A stretch of 64,000 nt of DNA from Parcubacteria group bacterium GW2011_GWC1_36_108. Lineage in GTDB: Bacteria; Patescibacteriota; Minisyncoccia; Moranbacterales; GWC2-37-73. Positions within the stretch are counted from its first letter, which is position 1; each line of letters begins with the position of its first letter. The notes below the pieces were generated by a model. That model was given only the letters and a program-made list of their open reading frames with translations. It did no database searches and was not told the DNA's origin. Of this stretch, positions 1-10,183 are shown one piece after another. Made by a program: the position numbers and the translations under genes. The stretch spans positions 26,235-90,234 of the forward strand of contig LBRD01000004.1 in NCBI GenBank assembly GCA_000991245.1, given 5' to 3'.

Positions 1-1
1 A

Positions 2-148
2 ATTTCTGGAGCAACCCGCCTACTAAATCGTAAATGGAACACCATACCTTCTTCTGATATCAAAGAAGGTGATAAAATCAGAATATTTGGAACTATCTCA
101 GGAACCAATATCGTAGCGCAAACCATACGTGATATTTCCTTGCAATAA
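2..148 (+). CDS. 3' end of an upstream gene (partial, unknown product)
   Basis: The frame is open from the window edge to a TAA at 146-148. It is followed by a hairpin terminator. It was translated by eye with no family match. Confidence 0.3.
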   Translation: MSGATRLLNRKWNTIPSSDIKEGDKIRIFGTISGTNIVAQTIRDISLQ

Positions 149-180
149 TATTGCAAAATATTTACATTAGCTCTTTAACA

Positions 181-214
181 AAAAAATCCCGACCAAAATC
201 GGGATTTTTTGTTG
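181..214. terminator. bidirectional rho-independent terminator
   Basis: Hairpin aaaaaaatcccgaccaaaatcgggattttttgtt is flanked by A and T runs. It sits between the convergent ends of the partial + gene and typA. Confidence 0.6.
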
Positions 215-268
215 TGCATTTTTGTAATTTTCTAAAAAGCTAAGAAGCTAATACCTGAAAAGCTGTTT

Positions 269-2056
269 TTACTTCTTGTTTCTTGTCGCTTTGATACGAT
301 CGTTTTCAGTCAAGAATTGTTTTCGAAGACGAACTGAGTGTGGAGTAACTTCAAGATATTCGTCGCCGTTGATAATTTCCAAACCTCTTTCAATTGAAAG
401 GGTTAATGGTGGAGTTAGATTAATGGCATCATCAGTTCCAGAAGAACGCATATTGGTAAGTTGTTTTCCTTTGATAGGATTTACTGCCATATCAAGACCT
501 TTAGAAGAGTTTCCAATAACCATTCCTTCATAAACTTCGGTAGCTGGTGCGATGTATAACGATCCACGTTCTTGCAAGTTTGCCAATGAAAAGCCAAGTG
601 CTTTTCCAGCAATCATTGAAACCATTGAGCCAACTTCGCGACGTTTGATTTCTCCAGCGTAAGGCTTGAAACCAATTACACGTGAAGAAAAAATTCCTTC
701 ACCTTTGGTATCAACAACGAACTGTCCACGGAAACCCAAGATTCCTCGTGTTGGAACTTCAAACAAGAGTCTGGTTTGACTGCCGTGAACATGCATATCA
801 GTCATAATTCCCTTTCGCTTTCCCATTGATTCAATAACCCCTCCAGCCAATTCGCTTGGCACATCGATTGTTGCTTCTTCAAATGGTTCTGATTTCACAC
901 CATCAACATCTTTAATAATAACGTGTGGTTGTGAAACTTGCATTTCATATCCTTCGCGTCGCATGTTTTCCAAAAGTACGGCGATATGAAGTTCTCCTCG
1001 TCCAAATACTGTGTAATATTCTGAAGTTGAAAAATCAATTTTAAGACCAACATTAACTTCCAATTCTTTTTCCAATCGTTCGCGAATTTGTTTACTAGTC
1101 ACATATTTTCCTTCGCGTCCTGCAAACGGAGAATCGTTAACCATAAAACGAAGCGAGATTGTTGGTTCATCAATTGTAATAGCCGGCAAAGCTTCTTGGC
1201 TTTCTGTTTCGCAAATTGTTTCGCCAATATCAATCTTTGGAAAACCAGCTACCATCACGATGTCTCCAGCATAAGCCTCTTGAACTTCTTCGCGCACTGT
1301 TCCTTTAAAGGTATACAGCTTAGTAATACGAGACTTTTCAATAACCTCGTCGCCTCTTTTCAAAAGATAGCTGCCTCCCATTTTAATTGTTCCTTCATGA
1401 ATTCTTCCTACAGCCAAACGCCCAAGGAAGTTGTCATATCCAAGGTTGAATGGTTGCATACGAAGCTGAGCAGCCTTGTCAGCCTTTGCAGGATGAACCT
1501 TAAGCAACACCATATCTAACAATGGTTCAAGATTATCTGATTCATCAGTAAGATGTTCTTTAGCAATTCCAGCGCGACCGTTAGCATAAATAGTTGTGAA
1601 ATCAAGTTGCTCGTCAGTTGCTCCAAGATCCATAAACAATTCATAAACTTGTTCTTGTACCAAATCAGGATCAGCAGCAGGCTTATCAATCTTATTGATT
1701 ACCACGATCGGCTTAAGCCCTAATTCCAAAGATTTTTTCAAAACAAATCTTGTTTGAGGCATAGGTCCTTCCTGCGCATCCACAATCAAAAGCACACTGT
1801 CAATCGAACGCAGCACGCGTTCAACTTCTGATCCAAAATCAGCATGGCCAGGGGTATCAACGATATTAATTTTCGTATCGCGATAATTGATTGAGGTATT
1901 TTTAGCATAAATCGTAATACCACGCTCCAATTCAAGCGCGTTATTATCCATACTTACACCTTCTTCAACCATTCCAGTCTGGCGCATAATGGCGTCAGTC
2001 AAGGTTGTTTTGCCATGATCCACATGAGCGATAATTGCAATGTTTCGAATTTCCAT
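269..2056 (-). CDS. typA: translational GTPase TypA/BipA
   Basis: 595 aa. The N-terminus [25 protein letters not shown] and NKIDK G-motifs, and the overall length, are typical of BipA. Confidence 0.9.
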   Translation of the reverse strand: MEIRNIAIIAHVDHGKTTLTDAIMRQTGMVEEGVSMDNNALELERGITIYAKNTSINYRDTKINIVDTPGHADFGSEVERVLRSIDSVLLIVDAQEGPMPQTRFVLKKSLELGLKPIVVINKIDKPAADPDLVQEQVYELFMDLGATDEQLDFTTIYANGRAGIAKEHLTDESDNLEPLLDMVLLKVHPAKADKAAQLRMQPFNLGYDNFLGRLAVGRIHEGTIKMGGSYLLKRGDEVIEKSRITKLYTFKGTVREEVQEAYAGDIVMVAGFPKIDIGETICETESQEALPAITIDEPTISLRFMVNDSPFAGREGKYVTSKQIRERLEKELEVNVGLKIDFSTSEYYTVFGRGELHIAVLLENMRREGYEMQVSQPHVIIKDVDGVKSEPFEEATIDVPSELAGGVIESMGKRKGIMTDMHVHGSQTRLLFEVPTRGILGFRGQFVVDTKGEGIFSSRVIGFKPYAGEIKRREVGSMVSMIAGKALGFSLANLQERGSLYIAPATEVYEGMVIGNSSKGLDMAVNPIKGKQLTNMRSSGTDDAINLTPPLTLSIERGLEIINGDEYLEVTPHSVRLRKQFLTENDRIKATRNKK

Positions 2057-2317
2057 AATGTTTAGTTCGTAAAGTTCTTAAGGTTTTTAAAGTTCGTAAA
2101 GTAAAATACTTTATAAACCAACAAACCCTATAAATTTACAATATTTACAATATAATTAAAAAAACTGCCGCCAGGCAGTAAGACTTCCAAAGCCATACAA
2201 ATATAGCAGGAAAGAGATAAAATGTCAACTTTCCCAAATGTTTTGCAGACCTAATGAAAATGATACCAAAAATAGACAAAACCACATCCCCAATTGGAAA
2301 TGTGGTTTTTTATTTTT

Positions 2318-3160
2318 CTATACTTTCGCTCTTATGCTTTGTATGATTTGCTCACTGAAAATAGCCCTGCTGCAATAATACAAATTGGTTGCCATTTTCT
2401 GCAATTGAGCATTCTTAGATTCAATCACCATAATAAATCCTTTGCTAGGACAATCTTTCTCCAAAAAGACAAGTTCTCCGAAAGCCCCTTCTAGATCACC
2501 AAAAAGCCATTGGCCTGTTTTGTAATCAGAAATGAAATCATCGCAAGGAAATTCATCGATAGGACGAACCAACAATGTACCCTCTTTGTTGAGATACACG
2601 ACCATAAATTCCATCCGATCAACTTTCGAGAAATTTTCCAGAAAAGCTTGTGCCATATTTTCCATTACTTGTTCAGGGATTCCCTCAACAATGTCTTCAG
2701 CCAAATGCGCATCCCCTCCTAAAACGTTTTCGGAAATTATTTCTTGTGCAACCACTTCTTCGGCAATCCCACTTTTTTCTGTTTCCGCAGGATTTTGAAT
2801 TACGACGCTACCAACTGAATTTTTTTCATCCGGCAGAAATTCAACAGGCTCGAGCCAAAGACTATGAATTGGACGGATGTTCCCTTCCAAATCTTCGATT
2901 ACAACGCTCAAATGAGGCCAGGTCAAACAATCTTCAGTATGTGGAACCTTACCGCACAAACACAATGTCACACTGTTACCCTTTTTAACGTCCAAGACTT
3001 CAAATATTTCATCGTCCAACAATATTATGAAATCTCTGAAACTTGGCGGTATCGTTTTAAGATTCAGCTCCTTTTTTAATTTGACTGTTTTCCAAGTCCG
3101 CACAAAAACCTCAAATGCCACCGGATCAAAGGGTCCTCTATGTTCATGCCTATCTTTCAT
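2318..3160 (-). CDS. hypothetical protein
   Basis: 280-aa ORF between hairpin terminators. It is acidic and I recognise no family. Confidence 0.5.
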   Translation of the reverse strand: MKDRHEHRGPFDPVAFEVFVRTWKTVKLKKELNLKTIPPSFRDFIILLDDEIFEVLDVKKGNSVTLCLCGKVPHTEDCLTWPHLSVVIEDLEGNIRPIHSLWLEPVEFLPDEKNSVGSVVIQNPAETEKSGIAEEVVAQEIISENVLGGDAHLAEDIVEGIPEQVMENMAQAFLENFSKVDRMEFMVVYLNKEGTLLVRPIDEFPCDDFISDYKTGQWLFGDLEGAFGELVFLEKDCPSKGFIMVIESKNAQLQKMATNLYYCSRAIFSEQIIQSIRAKV

Positions 3161-3303
3161 AGCATCCTCCTTTCACAAAAAAATTAGCACAATGTGAAAT
3201 CTTTTCAAAACTTTATTTGTTAAGCAACTAAGTATATTATTTAATCATATTGGGAATATAAAAGCAAGCAAAAACCGCTTATATTAAAGCGGTTTTTTTA
3301 TTT

Positions 3304-3876
3304 TTATGCAAAGATTTTTTCAAGCAAGTCCTCTTTTCCTTTTTTTGTTTTAGAAGAAAAATAAATAATATTTTCAGTGTCCAACAATTCCATAATTACC
3401 CGCTGTTTTTTCACCAACTCACTGGCTTTCACTTTATCCATCTTGTTGGCCAATACAATCACTTCGTATCCATTTTCGCTAAGTAATTCCATCATTTCGA
3501 TATCAAATTTTTTCGGACCGACATTTCCATCAATAATAAGGACGATTTTGCTTGGTTTGTATTCATTGTGTTCCAAATACCACATAATCATCTTGCGCAT
3601 TTTCTCAGCTTGAGCAAGTGAAGTTCTAGCGTAGCCATATCCTGGGAGATCCACGAAATATGCTTTCTCATTAATCAAAAAGAAGTTTAGCTGCAAAGTT
3701 CGCCCTGGAGTCGAAGAAGAAATCGCCAAGCCTTTTGTGCCTGTCAAAGCATTAATCACACTGGATTTTCCCACGTTTGAGCGCCCCACAAAAGCAATTT
3801 GTGGAAGTTTCTCTTTCAGGATTGGGTCTGACCCCACCACTCCTTTTATGAATTCAGCTGTTTTTATAGTAATCAT
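3304..3876 (-). CDS. engB: ribosome biogenesis GTPase EngB/YsxC/YihA
   Basis: 190 aa with GRSNVGKSS P-loop, DLPGYGY and NKMDK motifs. Size fits EngB. Confidence 0.85.
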   Translation of the reverse strand: MITIKTAEFIKGVVGSDPILKEKLPQIAFVGRSNVGKSSVINALTGTKGLAISSSTPGRTLQLNFFLINEKAYFVDLPGYGYARTSLAQAEKMRKMIMWYLEHNEYKPSKIVLIIDGNVGPKKFDIEMMELLSENGYEVIVLANKMDKVKASELVKKQRVIMELLDTENIIYFSSKTKKGKEDLLEKIFA

Positions 3877-3954
3877 ATGTTTAACAGCCTAGCGCACTTA
3901 TCACAATAAATCAACAATAAAAAAACAGGTTGTCGAACAATCTCGACAACCCGT

Positions 3955-5058
3955 CTACTTATGATAATATGCATACCAACCTTCACGGATATTTGAAAGA
4001 CTTTCAATTCTAACCGCAAACTGTTTTGGCAATGCTTTACAAAGAGGCATAATTTTACCTCTGTGCATTACAAGCCAATGCATACCCGTTTCAAATGGCT
4101 TAATGTGCTCAATATGAAAAACCGAATTATTGCCCGCACGAAAAGCATCCGCATCTTCCTTATTGTCAAAGCATTGCCAATCAATGCTTTCGGGTTGTGT
4201 GCACCAAGATTGATCTTTTCCTTTTCTGACAATTGATTCTAACCACTGATCATCCTTATACCTAAGATCATCAACCGAAATCTCTCCGGAATCAAATAGC
4301 TTCTTGATCTGCGAAAAGAAAATGTGTTCCAACTTCCTGCAATTAGGATTAAGATAAAATTCTGTGTGCATCAATGCGCGCAAAAGCAAGAAATGATACA
4401 AGCGATATGCATTTGAAAAATACACACACTCCTTTGTCACACAAATATCCCGCCATACATCCATAATGAGTGGATGTTTTTTCAACAACTGCAAGATTTT
4501 TGCGGGCTTATTTTTGCCGAGATGATAAAGATCCAGCGCAACATATGACATTCTGTCCAACACATTAAGCAAAAAACCAGCAAACTCAAAACCCTCAACC
4601 CATCTTTCAGCTTCTTGATCATCAAAATCGTACAGCATTCTCCATTTCATACTAATACCAGCTTCGATCATATGTCTTCTATAGTTTTTGACCTCACAAA
4701 AAAACTGTTTGTTCAGGCGCATCGTCGCATCTCCGCCGGCAGGAGTTGCAATGTCGTGAGTAAGCAATGTTAGCAAAAATTTTTGAACAAACTGCTCCGA
4801 GAATCCAGACTCGCTCAAAATTATCTTCGCTACAGCCAGAAAAAAAATCGAATGATCAAATCTGCTCTGCGGAAACGGAAACCACAGATAACCGCTTTCC
4901 CCTCTTTCATTTGGATGAGTGAGACGTTGCAACTGATTAACCTTCTTTAGCCTTACAATCATAAACTCTCTGATCTCGCGACACACCACCCCAAAATTTG
5001 CCTCATTAAATTCATATTTACTGGAGCTAAAAGGTATCTCCACAATTTTACCCATCAT
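3955..5058 (-). CDS. putative HD-superfamily metal-dependent phosphohydrolase
   Basis: 367 aa. A His (FDHSI) followed by LLTHDIATPAGGD resembles the H...HD motif of HD-domain proteins. The family call is tentative. Confidence 0.45.
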   Translation of the reverse strand: MMGKIVEIPFSSSKYEFNEANFGVVCREIREFMIVRLKKVNQLQRLTHPNERGESGYLWFPFPQSRFDHSIFFLAVAKIILSESGFSEQFVQKFLLTLLTHDIATPAGGDATMRLNKQFFCEVKNYRRHMIEAGISMKWRMLYDFDDQEAERWVEGFEFAGFLLNVLDRMSYVALDLYHLGKNKPAKILQLLKKHPLIMDVWRDICVTKECVYFSNAYRLYHFLLLRALMHTEFYLNPNCRKLEHIFFSQIKKLFDSGEISVDDLRYKDDQWLESIVRKGKDQSWCTQPESIDWQCFDNKEDADAFRAGNNSVFHIEHIKPFETGMHWLVMHRGKIMPLCKALPKQFAVRIESLSNIREGWYAYYHK

Positions 5059-5181
5059 CGCGCATCACCACCCTTTCATAAATTTTTAAATTACTACTTC
5101 AAAAAAGAATAACCCACTATTAAAAAAATATCAAGCAAGACCAATGCGCAACATTGGTCTTTCAAATTATCAAAAAAATTT

Positions 5182-5832
5182 TTATGACTGAATTCGTTTT
5201 AAAATATCTTTGGCGCTGCTATTTTCTTCACCAATATTTTGTGATGGATGTCGTCTATTGTGATCAATCACTTCCTTGTTTGGATCACGCAACAATTCGC
5301 CAGCAGCGCGAATATTTTTGGTACTCATACCAAAATTCAACATATGAGATTTTCCGTAATTGAGTGCTTCATTTTTTGTTTCCTGCGAAATGTTTTTCCG
5401 TTTACTCATAATTTCATCATAAATCTTTCGCATATTCACTTCGCTCTTGCGCGAACTGTGATTATTGCTTTTATCGTCAATATGAGCGGATTTATTTTCA
5501 CGAATAATACTTGAAGATACTGATCCACCAACAAGATGCTTTCGCAAATCCATCATTTCATTGTGAGAAAATTCTCCCGAATGTTCAATGTCGCCCAGAA
5601 CTTTTTTAAAAACATTTTTAGTTATTCCATTACTGCCTGCAGACATTCCTCTTTTTTTGAGCGCATCATAAAAAACTTTTTTCTCGCCAGCCTTATTAAT
5701 CACATTAGAAACATTTTTATCTGCCAAAATTTCCTTAAACGCTGAACTATTTCGGCCAGCTGTCGCGCTTACTGTTTTTTTGGCAAAAATCATCTGATTT
5801 AGGCCTTTTTTTGTAAAATCTATTGCTGCCAT
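5182..5832 (-). CDS. hypothetical Lys/Ser-rich soluble protein
   Basis: 216-aa ORF. It is low-complexity and basic with no TM segment and no recognisable domain. Confidence 0.4.
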   Translation of the reverse strand: MAAIDFTKKGLNQMIFAKKTVSATAGRNSSAFKEILADKNVSNVINKAGEKKVFYDALKKRGMSAGSNGITKNVFKKVLGDIEHSGEFSHNEMMDLRKHLVGGSVSSSIIRENKSAHIDDKSNNHSSRKSEVNMRKIYDEIMSKRKNISQETKNEALNYGKSHMLNFGMSTKNIRAAGELLRDPNKEVIDHNRRHPSQNIGEENSSAKDILKRIQS

Positions 5833-5860
5833 ATTTTTAAAAAATTTTTATTTTAAAACA

Positions 5861-5888
5861 AAAAGACGGGCTTTCACCCGTCTTTTAT
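5861..5888. terminator. bidirectional hairpin terminator
   Basis: aaaagacgggctttcacccgtctttta lies between divergent genes. The same GGGCTTTCACCCG stem recurs at 14648-14672. Confidence 0.5.
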
Positions 5889-5967
5889 CACATATATCTA
5901 TTATAGCACACTTTTAAGCATTTGTCCATTTTCTGTACTTTTTTTCCTCTCATGATACAATTTTATT

Positions 5968-7005
5968 ATGATAAAAAATAAGTTTAAAAAAAGAATTCTG
6001 CAAGAAATAAGCTACGCTACCGGTAAGTATTTCGTGATTCCTGAAATCGTAAATTTAACCATCACCTATCAATGCAATTTTCGTTGCAACTCTTGCACTG
6101 TTTGGCGAATGGATAAATATCCCGAACTCGCTGGCGAAAATTGGCGCAAGGTTGTTTTACAACTCAAAAAAACTCTTTCAAAAAATACTTCCATTGAATT
6201 AAGTGGCGGCGAACCATTACTGCGAAAAGATTTGACTTATTCAACCATTAAACAATTGAGAACATTTTTTGCAAATGTTGGAATCAATTCTAATGGTTCA
6301 TTATTAGATGAAGAAACTGTCATAGCATTAAAAAAAAGTGGAATCACTTTTTCAAAAATCTCCCTATATAGCATCACTGACAGCATCCACGATGCACTGC
6401 GCGGAATAACAGGTGCAGCAGAGCATGCCAAAAGTGCCATTGAATTGCTCCGTCAGCACGATATCAAAACAGATATCGGAGTCCTTATCACTTCCAAAAA
6501 TATATCCTCTATTCCAACACTGCTTGAATATTACAACCAGCCACAATATGCAGCTGTAAATATCGTCCTTCAGCCACTAGACGAACCGATAGGCCTGCCA
6601 CCAATATCAGGCAAAAACAAAATTGAAACTATCGAAAATTTATGGCCAGATGAAAAATCCGTAAACGAACTGTTTTCTTTGTTGAATAAAAATCGTCAAC
6701 TAAAAGTAAAGAATTCCGAAGCAAGTCTCCGCGCAATTCAGCAATATTATCTCGATCAAAAAAGCGCACTCAAGCGACGTTGTCTTGCTGGCCAGCGCAG
6801 TCTTGTTGTATATCCGGATGGAAATATATCCTTATGCTTTAAGGGAGCAACAATTGGAAATATTGCCAAAGAGAGTTTAAAAGATATTCTCTCTAGTAAG
6901 GCATCTATTCAGCAGCGCCTCAATATCAAAAAATGCAACAAACATTGTCGCGTTATTGGATGCAATTTTTCCAAAACTATCCCGGAAATTATTGGTCTAC
7001 ACTAA
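5968..7005 (+). CDS. radical SAM protein with C-terminal SPASM/twitch-like Cys cluster
   Basis: YQCNFRCNSC matches the CX3CX2C radical SAM motif and SGGEPLL is the glycine-rich SAM motif. The C-terminal CLAGQRSLVVYPDGNISLC...CNKHCRVIGC resembles a SPASM auxiliary-cluster pattern. Confidence 0.75.
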   Translation: MIKNKFKKRILQEISYATGKYFVIPEIVNLTITYQCNFRCNSCTVWRMDKYPELAGENWRKVVLQLKKTLSKNTSIELSGGEPLLRKDLTYSTIKQLRTFFANVGINSNGSLLDEETVIALKKSGITFSKISLYSITDSIHDALRGITGAAEHAKSAIELLRQHDIKTDIGVLITSKNISSIPTLLEYYNQPQYAAVNIVLQPLDEPIGLPPISGKNKIETIENLWPDEKSVNELFSLLNKNRQLKVKNSEASLRAIQQYYLDQKSALKRRCLAGQRSLVVYPDGNISLCFKGATIGNIAKESLKDILSSKASIQQRLNIKKCNKHCRVIGCNFSKTIPEIIGLH

Positions 7006-7020
7006 TTGAGATTTAAATTT

Positions 7021-7064
7021 GAGTCACAAAAAAAGAGGCATTGCTGCCTCTTTTTTTGTGACTC
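7021..7064. terminator. bidirectional hairpin terminator
   Basis: gtcacaaaaaaagaggcattgctgcctctttttttgtgac is a perfect long hairpin with A and T runs on both sides. Confidence 0.6.
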
Positions 7065-7076
7065 AACAACTATTAA

Positions 7077-7394
7077 CTAGTAGTTGTTTCGGCTTCCGTA
7101 ACCACCGTTACCACCACCATTGAAATCACGTCGTGGAGGACGAGCTTCCATTGGGCGAGCTTCATTTACAGTCAAAGTACGACCTTCGTACTCTTTTTTG
7201 TCAAACATTTCAATTGCTGCTTGTGCTTCTTGATCAGAAGACATTTCAACAAATCCGAAACCTTTTGAACGACCAGTCATTTTATCCATGATGATTGTTG
7301 CTGAGGTAACAGATCCTGCTTGAGCAAAAAGATCTCGCAAAGCATCTTCCGAAGTTGAATATGGAAGACCACCTACATAAAGTTTTGTTGCCAT
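7077..7394 (-). CDS. RRM-domain RNA-binding protein with Gly-rich tail
   Basis: 105 aa with RNP-2 LYVGGL, RNP-1 KGFGFVEM, and a C-terminal GGGNGGYG tail. Confidence 0.8.
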   Translation of the reverse strand: MATKLYVGGLPYSTSEDALRDLFAQAGSVTSATIIMDKMTGRSKGFGFVEMSSDQEAQAAIEMFDKKEYEGRTLTVNEARPMEARPPRRDFNGGGNGGYGSRNNY

Positions 7395-7537
7395 AGTTTT
7401 TGCATTTGTGAACTTATTACGCTTGTAAGGCGACCTCCTCTCTTAATTTTAACCACAAAGGCAAAACCAGTAAGACACTTACAATTAACCCCAGTATACA
7501 GGAACTTCGTCTTTCTGTCAACGAACAGAAAGCCTCA

Positions 7538-7564
7538 AATTTCCAATTTCCAATTTCCAATTTC
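7538..7564. repeat. 7-bp satellite (AATTTCC/TGGAAAT) x4, intergenic copy
   Basis: aatttccaatttccaatttccaatttc lies upstream of the RRM gene. The same heptamer arrays occur inside pyk (35479-35550) and the fem-like gene (42966-42995, 43270-43316). Confidence 0.7.
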
Positions 7565-7651
7565 TAATAAATTTTCAATGTTTTAATGACTTAATGTTTG
7601 AAAATTAATTAATTGTGAATTGATTGTAAATTGTGAATTGTAAATTGAAAA

Positions 7652-8344
7652 TTATTGCAAATATTTAGACGGGTCTATCCAATCATCCAATTGATTTTTA
7701 TTTTGCACATATCCTAAAATATTTATATTTGCTCCTTTGTGAATTCCTAGGTGTAGATGTTTGCGCTCCCCATCAGTCTCATTACTGAATCCTGTCCCCA
7801 AATTCGCCAAAAAATCTCCGGCTTTCATTTGATCCCCTATTTTAAACGTAATACTGGATAATTTAATATGACCATACACAACCGTGACAGCCTGACCATC
7901 AAGCTCGCAACTGGCAGCGGCAACTCCACCATATCCACTAGCAGTTCTTGCGGATAATAATTTTCCGTCGCACAAAGCTTTCACAGCCACATCAATATTT
8001 TGCTCCTCGATAGTTGCTTCCAAATCAACCGCGCTATGATATCCCGTAAAACGCTCCGGATTTACCGGTGAATTCTTTGGGTTCACATAAATTCCAAATG
8101 GTTTTTTTGTTATCCGCGAAAGCGCATTATCAAGCGGATCAATAGTTTCTTGTTTTTGATTATTATTTGCCGTATTTTTTTTGTTGTCAGTTGTCGGTTG
8201 TAAGTTGTTTGTTGCTTGTTGCGAGTTGTCAGTTGTTGATTGTGAGTTATTTATTGGTGCATTCGCTTTTTTCACATACAAAAAACCAGCAACAACAAAT
8301 ATTGCAATAGTTATAAACAAAAAAATATATGATTTATTTTTCAT
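7652..8344 (-). CDS. M23 family (LytM-type) peptidase, membrane anchored
   Basis: 230 aa with an N-terminal TM segment and a low-complexity N/Q/T linker. GYHSAVD and HLHLGIH are M23 metallopeptidase signatures. Confidence 0.8.
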   Translation of the reverse strand: MKNKSYIFLFITIAIFVVAGFLYVKKANAPINNSQSTTDNSQQATNNLQPTTDNKKNTANNNQKQETIDPLDNALSRITKKPFGIYVNPKNSPVNPERFTGYHSAVDLEATIEEQNIDVAVKALCDGKLLSARTASGYGGVAAASCELDGQAVTVVYGHIKLSSITFKIGDQMKAGDFLANLGTGFSNETDGERKHLHLGIHKGANINILGYVQNKNQLDDWIDPSKYLQ

Positions 8345-8421
8345 ATATCTTATTACGCTTTTAAAATATTTTTATTCGAAAGCATCAAAGACTTTTTTCC
8401 ACATTTCTTTTTCCGCAAAAA

Positions 8422-8572
8422 CTCTTTCTTGTTGTCATTCCCGTGAAAACGGGAATCCAGGACTAAGCCTGACTTGTGCGCGAACCTGGATCCCGGATCA
8501 AGTCCGGGACGACACTGCTGTGTCGATTTCTTAACGCTCATCACTTGTTTTTTGCCTACATACTTCATATGG
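8422..8572 (+). repeat. GC-rich ~155-bp structured repeat, copy A
   Basis: The element carries two hairpins, tgtcattcccgtgaaaacgggaatcc and ctggatcccggatcaagtccgggacgac, followed by gtgtcgatttcttaacgctcatcac. Copies B and C align to it by eye at about 85 percent. The 80-aa ORF 8353..8595 is its artefactual translation. Confidence 0.7.
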
Positions 8573-8614
8573 TGCAAATGAGATGCGGGATGCAAAAAAA
8601 GAGCAAGAGTGAGG

Positions 8615-8695
8615 ATGTTTCTTATTTTTTCACTAGAAACAAGTCACGCTAGCGTTATGTCAAAAGTTGCAATTGTTTCTCCGTGACAAAAATTA
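8615..8695 (+). repeat. palindromic repeat family 2, copy a
   Basis: Core is ttttttcact[ta][ag]aaacaagtc...gtcaaaagttgcaattgttt..gtgacaaaaa. Other copies are at 19425-19530 and 51601-51700. Confidence 0.6.
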
Positions 8696-8738
8696 AGAAC
8701 CTTTGAGCGACAAACTAGGCAGTAAAGGAAAAAAGGAA

Positions 8739-10013
8739 TTATTTCAAATTTTTAGCTGCCGATTCGCCGGCCAAATAGCCGGTTGACCAGCACATTTGAA
8801 GATTATATCCACCAGTTGGACCATCAACATCAATGATTTCCCCAGCAAAATAAAGATTTGGCACAATTTTTGAGCCCATGGTGCGAGAATCAATTTCCCT
8901 AGTGGAAACTCCTCCGCTAGTCACCATCGCCATTTCAAAACCAAAAAGACTATCAAAAGTAATCGACAAGTTTTTAACAAGATTCACCAAAATATGTCTT
9001 TCCTTTCTGCTTATTTTAGCTGCATGTTTTTCCATATCTAATCCAGAATATCTCAGCACAAAATCCAAAAGTTTCGGTGAAAAAACATCATGCAAACAAT
9101 TTGATAATTTCTTGTCAGCATTTCTTTCAAAATCAGTTAGGATAATTTCATCCAATTGCTCAAAATTAAGATATGGTTTTAAATCAAGAATAAATTTAAT
9201 ATCATCATCACTTTGGGAAACCAACTTGGCAATATTCCTGCTCATATTAAGTGCCAGCGGTCCAGAAAATCCATAATGAGTAAACATTAAGTCTCCCTCA
9301 TTAGAAAATTTCTTCTTGCCACCTTGATAAACAGTAATGGAAACACTGCCAGCACTAACTCCTTGAAGTTCTCCGACCCAATCTTCTTTAATTTTAATCG
9401 GCACCAAAACTGGCATCGGCTCAATAATTTTATGTCCCATTTTTGCTGCCCATTGGTAGCCATCGCCCATTGAACCAGTGGCGGGATATGATTTTCCGCC
9501 CACCGCAATAATCACATTTTTTGGAAAAAGTTCACGTTTTTTAAGTTTAATTTTTGAGATTTTGTTTTCGCCATCCAAAGAAAAATCAACGATGTGAGAT
9601 TTATATAAAAAAGTAATATTATTTTCCTTCAAAACATTTGTAAGTGCGCCAAGCACATCCTCAGCTCTATCGCTCAGTGGAAAAACTCGGCCATTTTTTT
9701 CAACTTTAGTAGGCACGCCATTTCCAGCAAAAAATTCCTGCACACTGCCAGGGCGAAAAGCATTGAAGGCTGAAAGCAAAAACCTACCGTTTTTGTATAG
9801 ATTTGAAAGCTCAACAACATTGTCTTGATCCTGTGTCAAATTGCAGCGACCATTTCCTGCCATTAAAAGTTTTTTTCCGGGCTCTTCTTTCTTGTCCACC
9901 AAGGCCACCCGCGCGCCTTTTTGCGCAGCGCGAATTGCAGCCATCATCCCAGAGGGACCAGCGCCAACAACCACGACATCAAATTGTTCTTCTATCAGTT
10001 TTTTTGAACTCAT
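8739..10013 (-). CDS. HI0933-family FAD-dependent flavoprotein (YhiN-like)
   Basis: 424 aa with the VVVVGAGPSGMMAA Rossmann dinucleotide motif. Length and C-terminal pattern are typical of the HI0933/aminoacetone oxidase-like family. Confidence 0.75.
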   Translation of the reverse strand: MSSKKLIEEQFDVVVVGAGPSGMMAAIRAAQKGARVALVDKKEEPGKKLLMAGNGRCNLTQDQDNVVELSNLYKNGRFLLSAFNAFRPGSVQEFFAGNGVPTKVEKNGRVFPLSDRAEDVLGALTNVLKENNITFLYKSHIVDFSLDGENKISKIKLKKRELFPKNVIIAVGGKSYPATGSMGDGYQWAAKMGHKIIEPMPVLVPIKIKEDWVGELQGVSAGSVSITVYQGGKKKFSNEGDLMFTHYGFSGPLALNMSRNIAKLVSQSDDDIKFILDLKPYLNFEQLDEIILTDFERNADKKLSNCLHDVFSPKLLDFVLRYSGLDMEKHAAKISRKERHILVNLVKNLSITFDSLFGFEMAMVTSGGVSTREIDSRTMGSKIVPNLYFAGEIIDVDGPTGGYNLQMCWSTGYLAGESAAKNLK

Positions 10014-10183
10014 ATTTATAGATATTTTTCACATTATTGATAAATTACATAATGACATACTTTTATTTACTTGTCCACCCTTGGTCTTTACTTTCCCAGA
10101 CTATTGTGTTATTCTTCGTTTTCATTAAAGCTGGTCCTGCTTTATGAACTTTATGAACTTTAAGGACTTTACAAACTTTTCTT

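Noticed and set aside
1088-1519. 143-aa + strand ORF
   Set aside because: It lies entirely antisense within typA, which has strong homology-type support.
8353-8595. 80-aa ORF (and the similar 12976..13230 ORF)
   Set aside because: Both are translations of GC-rich repeat copies A and C. GC-rich insertions in an AT-rich genome generate open frames by chance.
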